Virus record (IMG/VR): IMGVR_UViG_3300027917_000040
Location: 8,944 to 72,943 of that record
Source of the DNA: a virus
Direction: 5' to 3' (one strand)
Length of the DNA stretch: 64,000 nucleotides
Within the stretch, counting starts at the first letter, position 1. Each line of letters starts with the position of its first letter. This document shows positions 30,301-38,380 of this stretch, piece after piece. The notes under the pieces were generated by a model that did no database searches, was not told the origin of the DNA, and saw nothing but the letters and a program-made list of their open reading frames with translations. Both the position numbers and the translations under genes were made by a program.

Positions 30301-32822
30301 GAATATTCCTGACAGGTGTAGACGTTTATTTTGAAACAAAAGATGAATCTAATCTTCCAGTAACACTTCAACTTCGTGCAATGGAAAATGGAATACCAAC
30401 AACAACAGTATTCCCATTCTCTGAAGTTACTTTAACACCGGATGAAATAAATCTTTCTACTGATGGAAGCGTTCCAACTAGATTTACTTTCCAGTCTCCA
30501 GTTTACCTTTCTGGACCACAAGGTCAGCAAGTAAGAGGGGCACCTATAGGAAGTGAGGCAACTGCTGAATATGCAGTCGTATTACTTTCAAATAGTTCAA
30601 ATTATAGAGTTTTCATAAGTAGACTTGGTGAAAATGATATTATTACAAACATTAGGGTTGGTTCTCAACCTACTCTCGGAAGTTTGTTTAAATCTCAAAA
30701 TGGATCAACTTGGACTCCATCCCAACTTGAAGACTTGAAATATAAACTTTACAGAGCAGATTTTGTTGATCAAGGTGTTGTAAGATATTATAATCCAATT
30801 CTTGCATTAAAAAATGAGAAGGTAACTGTTCTTGGACCAAATCAAATTACTACTTTAGATCAAAGAGCAATTATTAAACTAACAGAAGGGTCTGACATTA
30901 AGTCGGAAGTTACTCCAGGATCAACAATTATACAGAAAGATAATGCTCAAGGAAAACTAGTTTCTATTGGAGGAAGCATTTCTCCGGGATTGGGAGTAAC
31001 AATATCAAATGTTGGGTCTGGTTACACAAATGGAACATTTACAAATGGTGGAACTGGATTTGAACTTATCACTTTAACTGGAAATGGTTCTGGTGCAAAA
31101 GCAAATATTACTGTAACTAATGGATCTATTAGTGATGTTAGTATTGTAACTGGAGGATTTGGTTATGTTGAAGGCGATGTTCTTAGATTGCCTCCAATAG
31201 GACAAAACGTTGGATTCGGTGGTCAGGTTATAGTTGATAATATTTCACTGAAAAACACATTAATTATTGATAACATTGTAAAGGGACCAAAACCTGGAGA
31301 TAGTGCATCATTCTTCAACGACAAAATTATGTTCTTTGTAAATGCAGGAATTCAAACATATGTTGGATTTAGCTCATTTACATCATTACCTTCAAAATCA
31401 GAACTTGTAGTCTTTGACAATATTAATGATGGTCTTCATTTTAAAATTGATGCGGTTAACCACGGAATGCATTCATCTCAAAATTATGTAAGAATTAGTA
31501 ATGTTAGACCTGAAGAAGATGAGCCAAACACATTATTAACTTCATCAATAACAAATACTGAAACAAGTGTAATAAATGTTGAGAGTACTAGTGGATTTGA
31601 AACTTTTGAAGGATTACCTGTCAGCGGTGAAAATCCGGGATACATTATTATTGGTGATGAAGTTGTTGGATATACAACTTTTACATCAACAAGTCTCGGT
31701 GCTGGAACTCCAACAATTACTAGAGGTGTTATTGGAGAATCTCAATCTTATGATGCAGGTACACCAATATACAGATATGAATTTAATGGAATTTCTCTAA
31801 GAAGAATTAACAAAATTCATTCACTATCAATCGTTGATCAAGATGTCCATTCAACAAAATTAAATTCTTTCTACGTTAAAATAGAAACTGGAAATAATGA
31901 TTTTGAAGGTAATGAAATTGGAAGAAATAGACCAGATAATTTGGTATTTAACAGAAATGCAACTTTAGGAGACGCAGGTGCAATTGTATCAACAAATATT
32001 AATTTTGATATATTAACACCCAATTTTGCAACTATTAAACCAGCACAAACTTCAATAAAGTCCCAAGTAAGAACATATTCTGGAACTAGTATTGATGGAA
32101 ATGAAACTTCTTTCGTAGATCAAGGTTATACCGAGATGAGTTTAGAGGAACCAACAGTATTCTCAAATCCTAGAATTATTGGTTCTAAAGTTAATGAATT
32201 AAGAAATATTGAAGACTCTCCCGGAAATCGGAGTTTAACGATGGAATTTAATCTTGAAACTGAAGATAGTAGAGTTTCTCCAGTTATTGATGATATAACA
32301 ACTGGTGCTATTTTAACCTCTAACTTAATTAATGCTCCTGCCGGAATTGGAGATGATTCCAGATTTGCGGATGTTGAATATATTAGAGGAGGAGACGATG
32401 AACATGAGGCAATTTACATATCAAAACCAATATCACTTAAGTTGCCAGCTAATTCAATTAAAGTATTTTTAAATGCTGCCAGAACTGAAAATAATGATCT
32501 TAGAGTTTTATATAAACTCATAAGAGAAGATGGATCTGAATTTAATTCAAACTTTGAACCATTCCCAGGATATGCAAATTATAAAACTGGCTCATCTGGA
32601 TTACTTGAAGTTATCGATCCATCAAAAAATGACGGATCTTCTGATACAAATATTTCGATAAATTCAAATACAAATTATCAAGAGTATGAATATACAATCG
32701 ATAATTTACCAGAATTTACACAATTTGCAATAAAAATAATATTTGCATCTAAAAATCAGTCAGAACCTCCAATAGTTAAAGCATTAAGAGCTATAGCAAC
32801 ACTTAAACCATCTTTACAATGA
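24363..32822 (+). CDS. VrlC-like (DUF4815-type) large virion structural protein, 2819 aa
   Basis: N-terminal PYFDDFD..YRVLFKPGYPVQARELTT.QSILQNQ, APGADRL, GFFVDTF and DPLAQSFFV motifs; usual position after gp8. Confidence 0.85.
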   Translation: MPQETNFNVSPYFDDFDRNNNYYRVLFKPGYPVQARELTTAQSILQNQIEQFGSKFFKEGQIVVPGSLIYDNPTYAVEIDPSYNGLPISLYFNSLIGKKIKGLSSGVTAEIFALLDESVSERGNNTLYVKYLESGGEDLTIKRFQDGETLIAIDSITYGTNNKFSIQINQGICNTISSNSTSEGSVISISEGVCFTRGLFVNFNKQTLILDQYSVEPSYKIGFDIVERVVTSDEDESLYDNARNFSNFTAPGADRLRVELFLAKKDLESIENDSFIELMKVVDGIPLFSDSTSDKSDVINTAKTETSRAISDISGDFFVKSFDVYVRDSLNDGLLNNGIFFEDQSTVAGNTPTEDKIVYQIGPGKAYINGFVVETTSARILDASKPRSSDTCTKEVVSYNAGALYVLNNTYGSANIGLSTNAVVSLMNERIGDDAHVAAGTTIGLARVYDYVPESEYEDDLSRMHLRLFDAQTFTELEFAKPVVVERPSYFKGKKTGASAYAYDTFSEVTDIQNIVFSDSVGISTILFEFDKLGTGSVGVATIGLGDNTPIESGINNGDFIYIDGTGIRELDFSTAGRFQVSNIGVTTSGDFEISLQSYPDITGATLNSPFQNGYQIENLGSVVNVSVAATINSTSHGLTPGKKIVIRETSNNKFNKSWVVDQVFDANTFSLVGVTAENYFEGFVSSIGGEHLTLLDKVTLYEVSGQFAKGEQININGIDDGRLITDIVDYDLNDVKSIFSDKIGISTFNGDVVLERTSSLAPPGTLFEITPAIDTAGNPIGVSTIFVTSQTKITSNLKVGDIISWPDETKPLNSDGSFSPTFNRVTSINPNGKEFQVGAVSTVTNYVNGGLYDGGEGGFSNNSQRTNVNKVSNAVYGSPDDESLLVSFNNTVLSSVDLENNQILQRRLFKNIGYSQNTLEITIDPAEDSIFFASFDEDRYVITYQDGRIETIRFDRFNISGDGKTATFIDLRQCDPSGSGFADVIATVDNFKPNSKIKNFNSASVLTVNRSKLKSSGTGEGTLNDGLTYSNVYGTRVQDEIISLNVPDCIRVIGVFESSNTLEASLPNVQLIGSTNINFLEGEHIKGSTSGAIAVLVKKKNSDILEYVYLNSKTFEINETITGKESSASATINSIAIGDKNITQNYSFDDGQRSQFYDYSRIVRARNVEPPKGKLKIVFQNYEVKPTDNGEYFTVNSYPNRNYKHDVLSYDGKRLTDYVDIRPRVNKYNLSSQKSPFEFGQRDFSGQGQSSTYTLAPGENLNVCYKYYVGRIDKVILNPNGEFSVLEGIPSIDPKEPTEPDGSLVIATVNIPPYLFNVSSVEVDVESHRTYSMRDIASLEDRIKRLEEFVVLNTLEVKTENLKLTDAETGLDRLKCGFFVDTFANTNLHDEEDPEYKIAIDDETNVLRPTHYTTAIDMQLGSEVIAGVGATFEQFKDHDFVTDLGSNGIRKTGDLITLNYEDVEYFQQPYATRTESVTPFLVKYWTGSIDLRPPSDSWIEEREEVNRSFNTEVETLPRLPDINIVRVNNVTRTRRVFRNRVVVQRGIWRRRWITSRGTWWRRGRWLGTRRRNWTNSRLWNRSTRGLSSSIRRVNGRQVVQFRAIRGRLSDADASWLRRVLPRDVADGFITQIRTRSSNRAVFLQFAPGVGRDVLRTTTTTSTSVRTSSNTVTTTIPPEINVSETVSETSSNFTEPTRFLRSRNIEFDVKGLRPRTRFYPFFEGIDVKNYIIPKLLEVEMIQGRFEIGETVESDPQFTSKKIRFRLCRPDHKTGPSVNPEETFTTIPYRQTEPPENYTESSDYLNVDTRSLQLNSEVDFYGEVAVNMKIIGKTSGAVARINSIRLVSDNGGRLIGSLFIPDSKIQGNPSWTNGDNTFTVIDTPSLSEAASGDDNVVSESSAEEEFTSSSTTNVTVRNILTTRNIRIRPARNINTTTVTNIRTNTTTTTRNRIRRRTGRIVRRWEVRDPLAQSFFVKDETGIFLTGVDVYFETKDESNLPVTLQLRAMENGIPTTTVFPFSEVTLTPDEINLSTDGSVPTRFTFQSPVYLSGPQGQQVRGAPIGSEATAEYAVVLLSNSSNYRVFISRLGENDIITNIRVGSQPTLGSLFKSQNGSTWTPSQLEDLKYKLYRADFVDQGVVRYYNPILALKNEKVTVLGPNQITTLDQRAIIKLTEGSDIKSEVTPGSTIIQKDNAQGKLVSIGGSISPGLGVTISNVGSGYTNGTFTNGGTGFELITLTGNGSGAKANITVTNGSISDVSIVTGGFGYVEGDVLRLPPIGQNVGFGGQVIVDNISLKNTLIIDNIVKGPKPGDSASFFNDKIMFFVNAGIQTYVGFSSFTSLPSKSELVVFDNINDGLHFKIDAVNHGMHSSQNYVRISNVRPEEDEPNTLLTSSITNTETSVINVESTSGFETFEGLPVSGENPGYIIIGDEVVGYTTFTSTSLGAGTPTITRGVIGESQSYDAGTPIYRYEFNGISLRRINKIHSLSIVDQDVHSTKLNSFYVKIETGNNDFEGNEIGRNRPDNLVFNRNATLGDAGAIVSTNINFDILTPNFATIKPAQTSIKSQVRTYSGTSIDGNETSFVDQGYTEMSLEEPTVFSNPRIIGSKVNELRNIEDSPGNRSLTMEFNLETEDSRVSPVIDDITTGAILTSNLINAPAGIGDDSRFADVEYIRGGDDEHEAIYISKPISLKLPANSIKVFLNAARTENNDLRVLYKLIREDGSEFNSNFEPFPGYANYKTGSSGLLEVIDPSKNDGSSDTNISINSNTNYQEYEYTIDNLPEFTQFAIKIIFASKNQSEPPIVKALRAIATLKPSLQ

Positions 32823-32823
32823 T

Positions 32824-33087
32824 ATGGAAGATCAATTTAGAATTTATGAGGAATATGATGATGAGGATTACCAAAAAGTAGAAGGTAATCCTCATCTTTT
32901 AAAGGAAAAAAATACAGGAGCTGTAGTAAATATAGATCAACAACAATATGATTCATACATCAAAAATTATAAAAAAATTTACAATGAAAAGAAAATAATT
33001 AAAAATTTTGAAAATGAAATGAATGAAATGAAAAATGACATAAATGAAATCAAAGATTTGTTAAGATCTTTGATGCAAAATAAATAG
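32824..33087 (+). CDS. conserved hypothetical protein with C-terminal coiled coil
   Basis: 87 aa; KVEGNPHLLKEKNTGAVVN; heptad-like C-terminus; typical position before gp13. Confidence 0.8.
   Translation: MEDQFRIYEEYDDEDYQKVEGNPHLLKEKNTGAVVNIDQQQYDSYIKNYKKIYNEKKIIKNFENEMNEMKNDINEIKDLLRSLMQNK
33080..33086 (+). promoter_or_regulatory. T4-type late promoter
   Basis: ATAAATA 24 nt upstream of the gp13 ATG. Confidence 0.6.
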
Positions 33088-33110
33088 TAGTATAGGAACC
33101 ATAAAATCAA

Positions 33111-33929
33111 ATGGCACAACCAGCTACAAGAGAAGAATTTATTGATTATTGCTTGAGAAAACTTGGTGCTCCTGTTCTTGAGATTAACGTTGCTGAGGAG
33201 CAGATCGAGGATCTTGTAGATGATGCTTTACAACTTTTTAATGAAAGGTGTTATGACGGTTCATACTCAACATTTTTAAAGTATCAAGTAACACAGGATG
33301 ATATTGATAGGGGATTAGCAAGACCACCTTCTGGTGTAGGAATATCAACATATTCAGAAAGCACATATGATTATCATGAAAACTCAAATTACATTCCCCT
33401 ACCTCCTCAAGTTTTAGGTGTAAGAAGAATATTTAAGTTTGAAGGCGAAAACTCCATATCTTCGGGAATGTTCAGTGTTAAATATCAGTTGTTTTTAAAT
33501 GATGTTTATCATTGGGGTTCTCTAGATCTTTTAACATATGCAATGACAAAATCATATCTTTCCGACATTGATTTTCTTCTTACGACTCAAAAACAGATTC
33601 GTTTTAATAAAAGACAAGGAAGATTGTATTTGGATGTTGACTATAATCAACTTTCCGCAGGAAATTACTTAATTATTGATTGCGATAGGTTAATGAACCC
33701 CGCAGATTATTCATTAGTTTGGAATGATAATTTTTTAAAGCAGTACGCAACTTCATTGATTAAGCGTCAATGGGGACAAAATCTGATTAAGTTCCAAGGT
33801 GTAAAACTTCCAGGTGGACTTGAATTTAATGGAAGAACTCTTTATGAAGATGCTCAACGTGAAATAGATGCTCTTATGGATAAGATGTCTTCTACATACG
33901 AACTCCCACCACTAGACATGATTGGATAA
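33111..33929 (+). CDS. gp13: neck protein gp13
   Basis: YCLRKLGAPVLEINV and KRQWGQNLIKFQGVKLPGG motifs. Confidence 0.95.
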   Translation: MAQPATREEFIDYCLRKLGAPVLEINVAEEQIEDLVDDALQLFNERCYDGSYSTFLKYQVTQDDIDRGLARPPSGVGISTYSESTYDYHENSNYIPLPPQVLGVRRIFKFEGENSISSGMFSVKYQLFLNDVYHWGSLDLLTYAMTKSYLSDIDFLLTTQKQIRFNKRQGRLYLDVDYNQLSAGNYLIIDCDRLMNPADYSLVWNDNFLKQYATSLIKRQWGQNLIKFQGVKLPGGLEFNGRTLYEDAQREIDALMDKMSSTYELPPLDMIG

Positions 33930-33930
33930 T

Positions 33931-35397
33931 ATGTTAAATCCATTTTTTCTCAACGGCAGCAAATCAGAACAGGGTCTTATACAGGATCTAGTCAACGAAC
34001 AGTTGAGGATGTATGGTGTCGATGTTTATTATATACCTAGATTTTTCTTAAAGGAAGATACTATTGTTAGGGAAGTTGTAGATTCCGAATTTGAAAACGC
34101 ATATCCTATTGAGGCATATGTAAGTGATTATGAAGGATATGGAGGACAGGGAACTATATTATCTAAGTTTGGTCTTCAAGATATGGATGACTTAACTTTA
34201 GTTATTTCTAGAGAAAGATTTGAAACTTATATTACACCATTAATTAAAAATCTTCCAACTATAAAAGTTTCAGATAGACCAAAAGAAGGAGATTTGATTT
34301 GGTTCCCATTGGGAGATAGATTATTTGAAATTAAGTTTGTTGAACATGAAAAACCATTCTATCAACTCAGAAAGAATTATGTCTATGAACTTAGATGTGA
34401 ACTTTACAGACCAGAGTCTGGAGAGGTTCTTGATACTGGAATAAACTACATTGATGATAACTTAATTGATCAATCGTATATCCAAACATTACAGATGGTT
34501 GGAGCAGGAGTAACTGCTCTTGCTGTTACGGGTAGATGTGCTACTGGTGGAATTAGACTTATTGAAGTTATTAGTATGGGAAATGGATATACATCTAATC
34601 CTGATGTTAATATCTCACAAGCACCTGCAGGAGGTATAACTGCAATAGCAACAGCAACTTTACAAAAAAATCTTCCCGATTTCTGCGAACCAAATAAAGA
34701 TCTGTCTAAAGTTACTGAAATTAATTTAATAGATCCCGGATGTGGATACAGAAAAACAACATCCACAGACTTTTTAGAGGTTGAAGATACAACACCTATA
34801 GTTTCAATCTCTGGAGGAGGTGGTCAAGGTGCTGCCGGAATAGCATCTCTAGCAAATGGAACGATAGGAATAGTTACGATTACAAATCCGGGTTCTGGAT
34901 ATGTAATTAGACCAAGTGTAACATTTATAGGTGGCGGAGGAGTTGGTGCTGCTGCAACTGTGAGACTTACTCAGAGTGGTGCTATTAGTGCAATTTACAT
35001 TACAGACGCTGGCACAGGATATACATCACCGCCAACAATTGTAATTAGTGATCCAGTTGATGCTGGTATAGGAACGTATAAATTTAACGAAGTTGTCGTT
35101 GGAACCATAAGTAGTACAACAGCAAGAGTTAAAAGATGGAATGTTAAATCCTACATTCTTGAAGTTGGATCTCTTAGTGGAAGTTTTACAGAAGGGGATA
35201 TTTTAGTTGGACAAGACTCTGGTGCTAGATATCCAATAAGGATTATAAATACAGATAATTTGGAAGATCCACAATCTCTCAAACCTCTTAGTACTCCCGA
35301 AAATGAAGAGGACAAGCAAGGTGATAATAGAGATATTCAAATTGAAGCTTCTGAAACTTTAGATCAATCAGAAACAAATCCATTCGGAATACCATAA
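33931..35397 (+). CDS. gp14: neck protein gp14 with internal Gly-rich repeat insertions
   Basis: MLNPFF (ATG 33931 preferred over TTG 33922), RPKEGDLIWFP..LFEIKFVEHEKPFYQL, C-terminal SETNPFG. Confidence 0.92.
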   Translation: MLNPFFLNGSKSEQGLIQDLVNEQLRMYGVDVYYIPRFFLKEDTIVREVVDSEFENAYPIEAYVSDYEGYGGQGTILSKFGLQDMDDLTLVISRERFETYITPLIKNLPTIKVSDRPKEGDLIWFPLGDRLFEIKFVEHEKPFYQLRKNYVYELRCELYRPESGEVLDTGINYIDDNLIDQSYIQTLQMVGAGVTALAVTGRCATGGIRLIEVISMGNGYTSNPDVNISQAPAGGITAIATATLQKNLPDFCEPNKDLSKVTEINLIDPGCGYRKTTSTDFLEVEDTTPIVSISGGGGQGAAGIASLANGTIGIVTITNPGSGYVIRPSVTFIGGGGVGAAATVRLTQSGAISAIYITDAGTGYTSPPTIVISDPVDAGIGTYKFNEVVVGTISSTTARVKRWNVKSYILEVGSLSGSFTEGDILVGQDSGARYPIRIINTDNLEDPQSLKPLSTPENEEDKQGDNRDIQIEASETLDQSETNPFGIP

Positions 35398-36420
35398 ATG
35401 TTTAAATATTTTTATCACGAAAATATTAGAAAAACATTAGTGTCTTTTGCGACACTATTTAATAATATTTATGTTAGAGAAACTGATTCGGATGGTAATA
35501 TCACAAAAAATAATAAGGTTCCTATTAGGTATGGACCTCGCTCAAAATTTTTATCAAGAATAGAAGAAGCACCAAATGATTTGAATAATCCAGTTCAAAT
35601 TACATTGCCAGTAATGTCTTTTGAACATGGAGCACCACAATATGACCCAGAAAGAAAAGCAGTAACAACCGAGTATTTTACAGTAGAAGACCCAAACAAT
35701 CCGCAAGGGTGTTTAAAGTCTTTTATGCCAGTTCCCTATACTATTCCATTTGAATTAAATATTATGGCAAAATTGGAAAAAGATGCTTGGCAGATTGTTG
35801 AGCAAATTTTACCATATTTTCAACCAGCATATACTTTAACAATTAAATTTACAGGAATACAAGAATTAAAAGATGTTCCTATTCAACTAGATTCTATAGA
35901 AAAACAGGATGATTATGATGGTAACTTTGAATCTAGAAGAACTATAATATACACTTTAAGATTTTCGGTAAAAACGTGGATGTTTGGTCCAGAAGAAGTA
36001 ATTACTGACAGCATAATTAGAAAATCTATTATTGGATTTGTCGCGGGAACTTCGGCCCATCCTCCCGATTTTGATGCAATATTTAGAGACATTACAATAA
36101 CTTCTACACCAGTAGCTGTAATTCCATATACAGAAACTGTCTTAGGTACTTTAACTAAAGATTTTACTTTAGAAGATACAGTTCTATTTTTAAATACAGT
36201 AGATGATGTAACATTAAATACGATAATTGGAATTGGTGATGAGATATTAAAGATTACATATATAGATGAAAATAATAAATCTTTAACTGTTTTAAGAGCA
36301 AATTATAATACTAAATCTGCTATTCATGTCTTAGGTTCTGAAGTTTATAAAGTTGTTGAAGCGGACAATGATTTGATTGAACCTGGTGATCCATTTGAAA
36401 TTAATAGAGAAATTACATGA
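35398..36420 (+). CDS. gp15: tail sheath stabilizer/terminator gp15
   Basis: YFYHENIRK..FATLFNNI, VPIRYGP, TLPVMSFE and QIVEQILPYFQP motifs. Confidence 0.93.
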   Translation: MFKYFYHENIRKTLVSFATLFNNIYVRETDSDGNITKNNKVPIRYGPRSKFLSRIEEAPNDLNNPVQITLPVMSFEHGAPQYDPERKAVTTEYFTVEDPNNPQGCLKSFMPVPYTIPFELNIMAKLEKDAWQIVEQILPYFQPAYTLTIKFTGIQELKDVPIQLDSIEKQDDYDGNFESRRTIIYTLRFSVKTWMFGPEEVITDSIIRKSIIGFVAGTSAHPPDFDAIFRDITITSTPVAVIPYTETVLGTLTKDFTLEDTVLFLNTVDDVTLNTIIGIGDEILKITYIDENNKSLTVLRANYNTKSAIHVLGSEVYKVVEADNDLIEPGDPFEINREIT

Positions 36421-36848
36421 AAAACGACAAATTTGACGAAACATTTAACATAGAAAGCACTGAGATTACTCACGAAGTTGAGGTAGAATCTTTGCGTCCT
36501 GTTGAAGTTGAGAATGAATTGAATATTAAAAGAGATATAAGGAAGGATTATCAGTATAGTAGAGGAAATATATACTCAATTATTGAAAAAGGTCAAGAAG
36601 CAATCAATGGTGCTTTGGAGATGGCACAAGAAACAGAATCCCCAAGAGCATACGAAGTCACTGGACAACTTATTAAGAGTGTTGCAGATGCAACAGAGAA
36701 ACTTTTAGACATTCAAAAGAAGTTAAAAGATATCGAAGAGATCAAAGATACAGGTCCATCAAATGTTACAAATGCATTGTTTGTTGGATCAACAGCAGAA
36801 CTTACAAAGTTTATAAAACAACAGAAAAATAAGTCAGATACTAAATAA
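36417..36848 (+). CDS. gp16: terminase small subunit gp16
   Basis: DYQYSRGN, SPRAYEV.GQLIKSV and NALFVGSTAEL motifs. Confidence 0.92.
   Translation: MKNDKFDETFNIESTEITHEVEVESLRPVEVENELNIKRDIRKDYQYSRGNIYSIIEKGQEAINGALEMAQETESPRAYEVTGQLIKSVADATEKLLDIQKKLKDIEEIKDTGPSNVTNALFVGSTAELTKFIKQQKNKSDTK
36841..36847 (+). promoter_or_regulatory. T4-type late promoter
   Basis: CTAAATA 26 nt upstream of ATG 36874. Confidence 0.6.
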
Positions 36849-36873
36849 GAATATAAAGTAGTATCTGTTAAAA

Positions 36874-38076
36874 ATGAGTCATTCTGATATCAAATCTGGA
36901 AAGAAAAAAGACGAAGAAGGTTACATGGCCCATTCCCAGATGGGAACTATGAGAAATGCTATTGGAAGACTGAAGAAGAATATTAAAAAGAAAGATCAAC
37001 AGATTCCTGCTTGGGTGCAATCAAAAATAACAAAAGCATCAGATTACGTAGACACTGCGGCAGATTACATGGACTCAAACGAATCATTCAAAATGCCCTC
37101 GGCAATAGACCCTAAAGAGCATAAAAAAACACAAAAAGATCGAAAGATAAGAAACATGACTCAATCTTCCAATGAGAATGAGGCGGCAGTTGCAAAGAAA
37201 AAAACAAAAGGTCCCGAATGGCAAAGACCAACTTTGCAGAAAAATTCGTTTTCTCTTGTAGATCAAATTCTTTCAGAAATCGATCTCAATGAAGATCTTT
37301 CTATTCAAGGTGCAAAAGGTAATGAAATGTATCAGGTAGTTGACCTGATCAAACCAGAACCAATGATTTCAGAGCAAGGTGCTTGTGGGGAATGTGGATG
37401 TAGAGAATGTGTTTGTGAAACAGGTGAAGTGGAAAAATGGGAGGATTATGAAGAAGCACACGAAGATCTTGAAGAAAGTGAGCACAAAGGAGAAAAGAAA
37501 TATTGCAAGAAGTGTAAGAAAAAAGAAACTAGAGATGAGTGCAAATATGGTGGAAAAGTTTGGGACAGAATGACTTCTGATGATGACGATGATGACGATG
37601 ATGACGATGATTCTGGTGATGTAAGTGAAGCAGTAAGAATGAAGGCAAGAACTGGAAATTTAATTGCAGTAATTCTTACTTGGAGAGGTAAGTCATTGAT
37701 GGTTAGAATGTTCTTCCCATCATTAAACTATCCAAGCAGATCCGAAGTCGAGGCAGAGGTTATCAAGATTTATCCAGGTGCAAGAGTCATTAACTATAGA
37801 AGAATCGAAGTAACTCCAGGAGCACCAGTTGTTCATGTTAATGAAGCAAAGCACACGGCAACAAAGTCTGATTTAGAAGGACATATTGGTGGTGGGAATC
37901 TTAAAAAATTAGCGACAAAGGCAGTAAAAAGAATAGATTATGATGTTGATGGTGATGTAGATCCTAATGATGCTGTTGAAAAGAAAACTGGAGAATATGG
38001 AGAAGTAGTTCCAACTCCATTTGGAAAGTTCAAAACTGGAATAGAAAAATCTTCATCCAAAAGGACAAAGAAATGA
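36874..38076 (+). CDS. modular hypothetical late protein (possible head-packaged polyprotein)
   Basis: 400 aa between gp16 and gp17. Distinct modules, two Cys clusters, an Asp11 run and repeated [ILV]-x-E sites. Confidence 0.7.
   Translation: MSHSDIKSGKKKDEEGYMAHSQMGTMRNAIGRLKKNIKKKDQQIPAWVQSKITKASDYVDTAADYMDSNESFKMPSAIDPKEHKKTQKDRKIRNMTQSSNENEAAVAKKKTKGPEWQRPTLQKNSFSLVDQILSEIDLNEDLSIQGAKGNEMYQVVDLIKPEPMISEQGACGECGCRECVCETGEVEKWEDYEEAHEDLEESEHKGEKKYCKKCKKKETRDECKYGGKVWDRMTSDDDDDDDDDDDSGDVSEAVRMKARTGNLIAVILTWRGKSLMVRMFFPSLNYPSRSEVEAEVIKIYPGARVINYRRIEVTPGAPVVHVNEAKHTATKSDLEGHIGGGNLKKLATKAVKRIDYDVDGDVDPNDAVEKKTGEYGEVVPTPFGKFKTGIEKSSSKRTKK
37579..37611 (+). repeat. (GATGATGAC)3-GATGAT microsatellite encoding Asp11
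   Basis: Read directly from the sequence; in frame with ORF 36874. Confidence 0.85.
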
Positions 38077-38372
38077 AAAGTTTTAATGAATTTTTAAACG
38101 AAGCAGATAAGTCCAGTATGCAGTGCAATAAACCAAAAGCACAGGCAGTAGGTGATTCAAAAACTGGAAAGTCTCATGTCGTAAAGGCATGTTCTGGTGG
38201 AAAAGAAAAACTTATCCGTTTCGGACAAAGAGGTGTAAAGGGGTCACCTGCTAAAAAGGGGGAGTCTGAAGGATATAAGAAACGTCGTAAGTCCTTCCAA
38301 GCAAGACATGCTAAAAATATAGCAAAAGGTAAAATGAGTGCTGCTTATTGGGCAAATAAAGTTAAATGGTGA
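38073..38372 (+). CDS. small basic hypothetical protein with capsid-targeting-like N-terminus
   Basis: MKSFNEFLNE/A resembles the T4 internal-protein leader (MKTYQEFIAE type). The body carries KLIRFGQ..KRRKSFQARH..SAAYWA. Confidence 0.75.
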   Translation: MKSFNEFLNEADKSSMQCNKPKAQAVGDSKTGKSHVVKACSGGKEKLIRFGQRGVKGSPAKKGESEGYKKRRKSFQARHAKNIAKGKMSAAYWANKVKW

Positions 38373-38380
38373 GGTAATTT

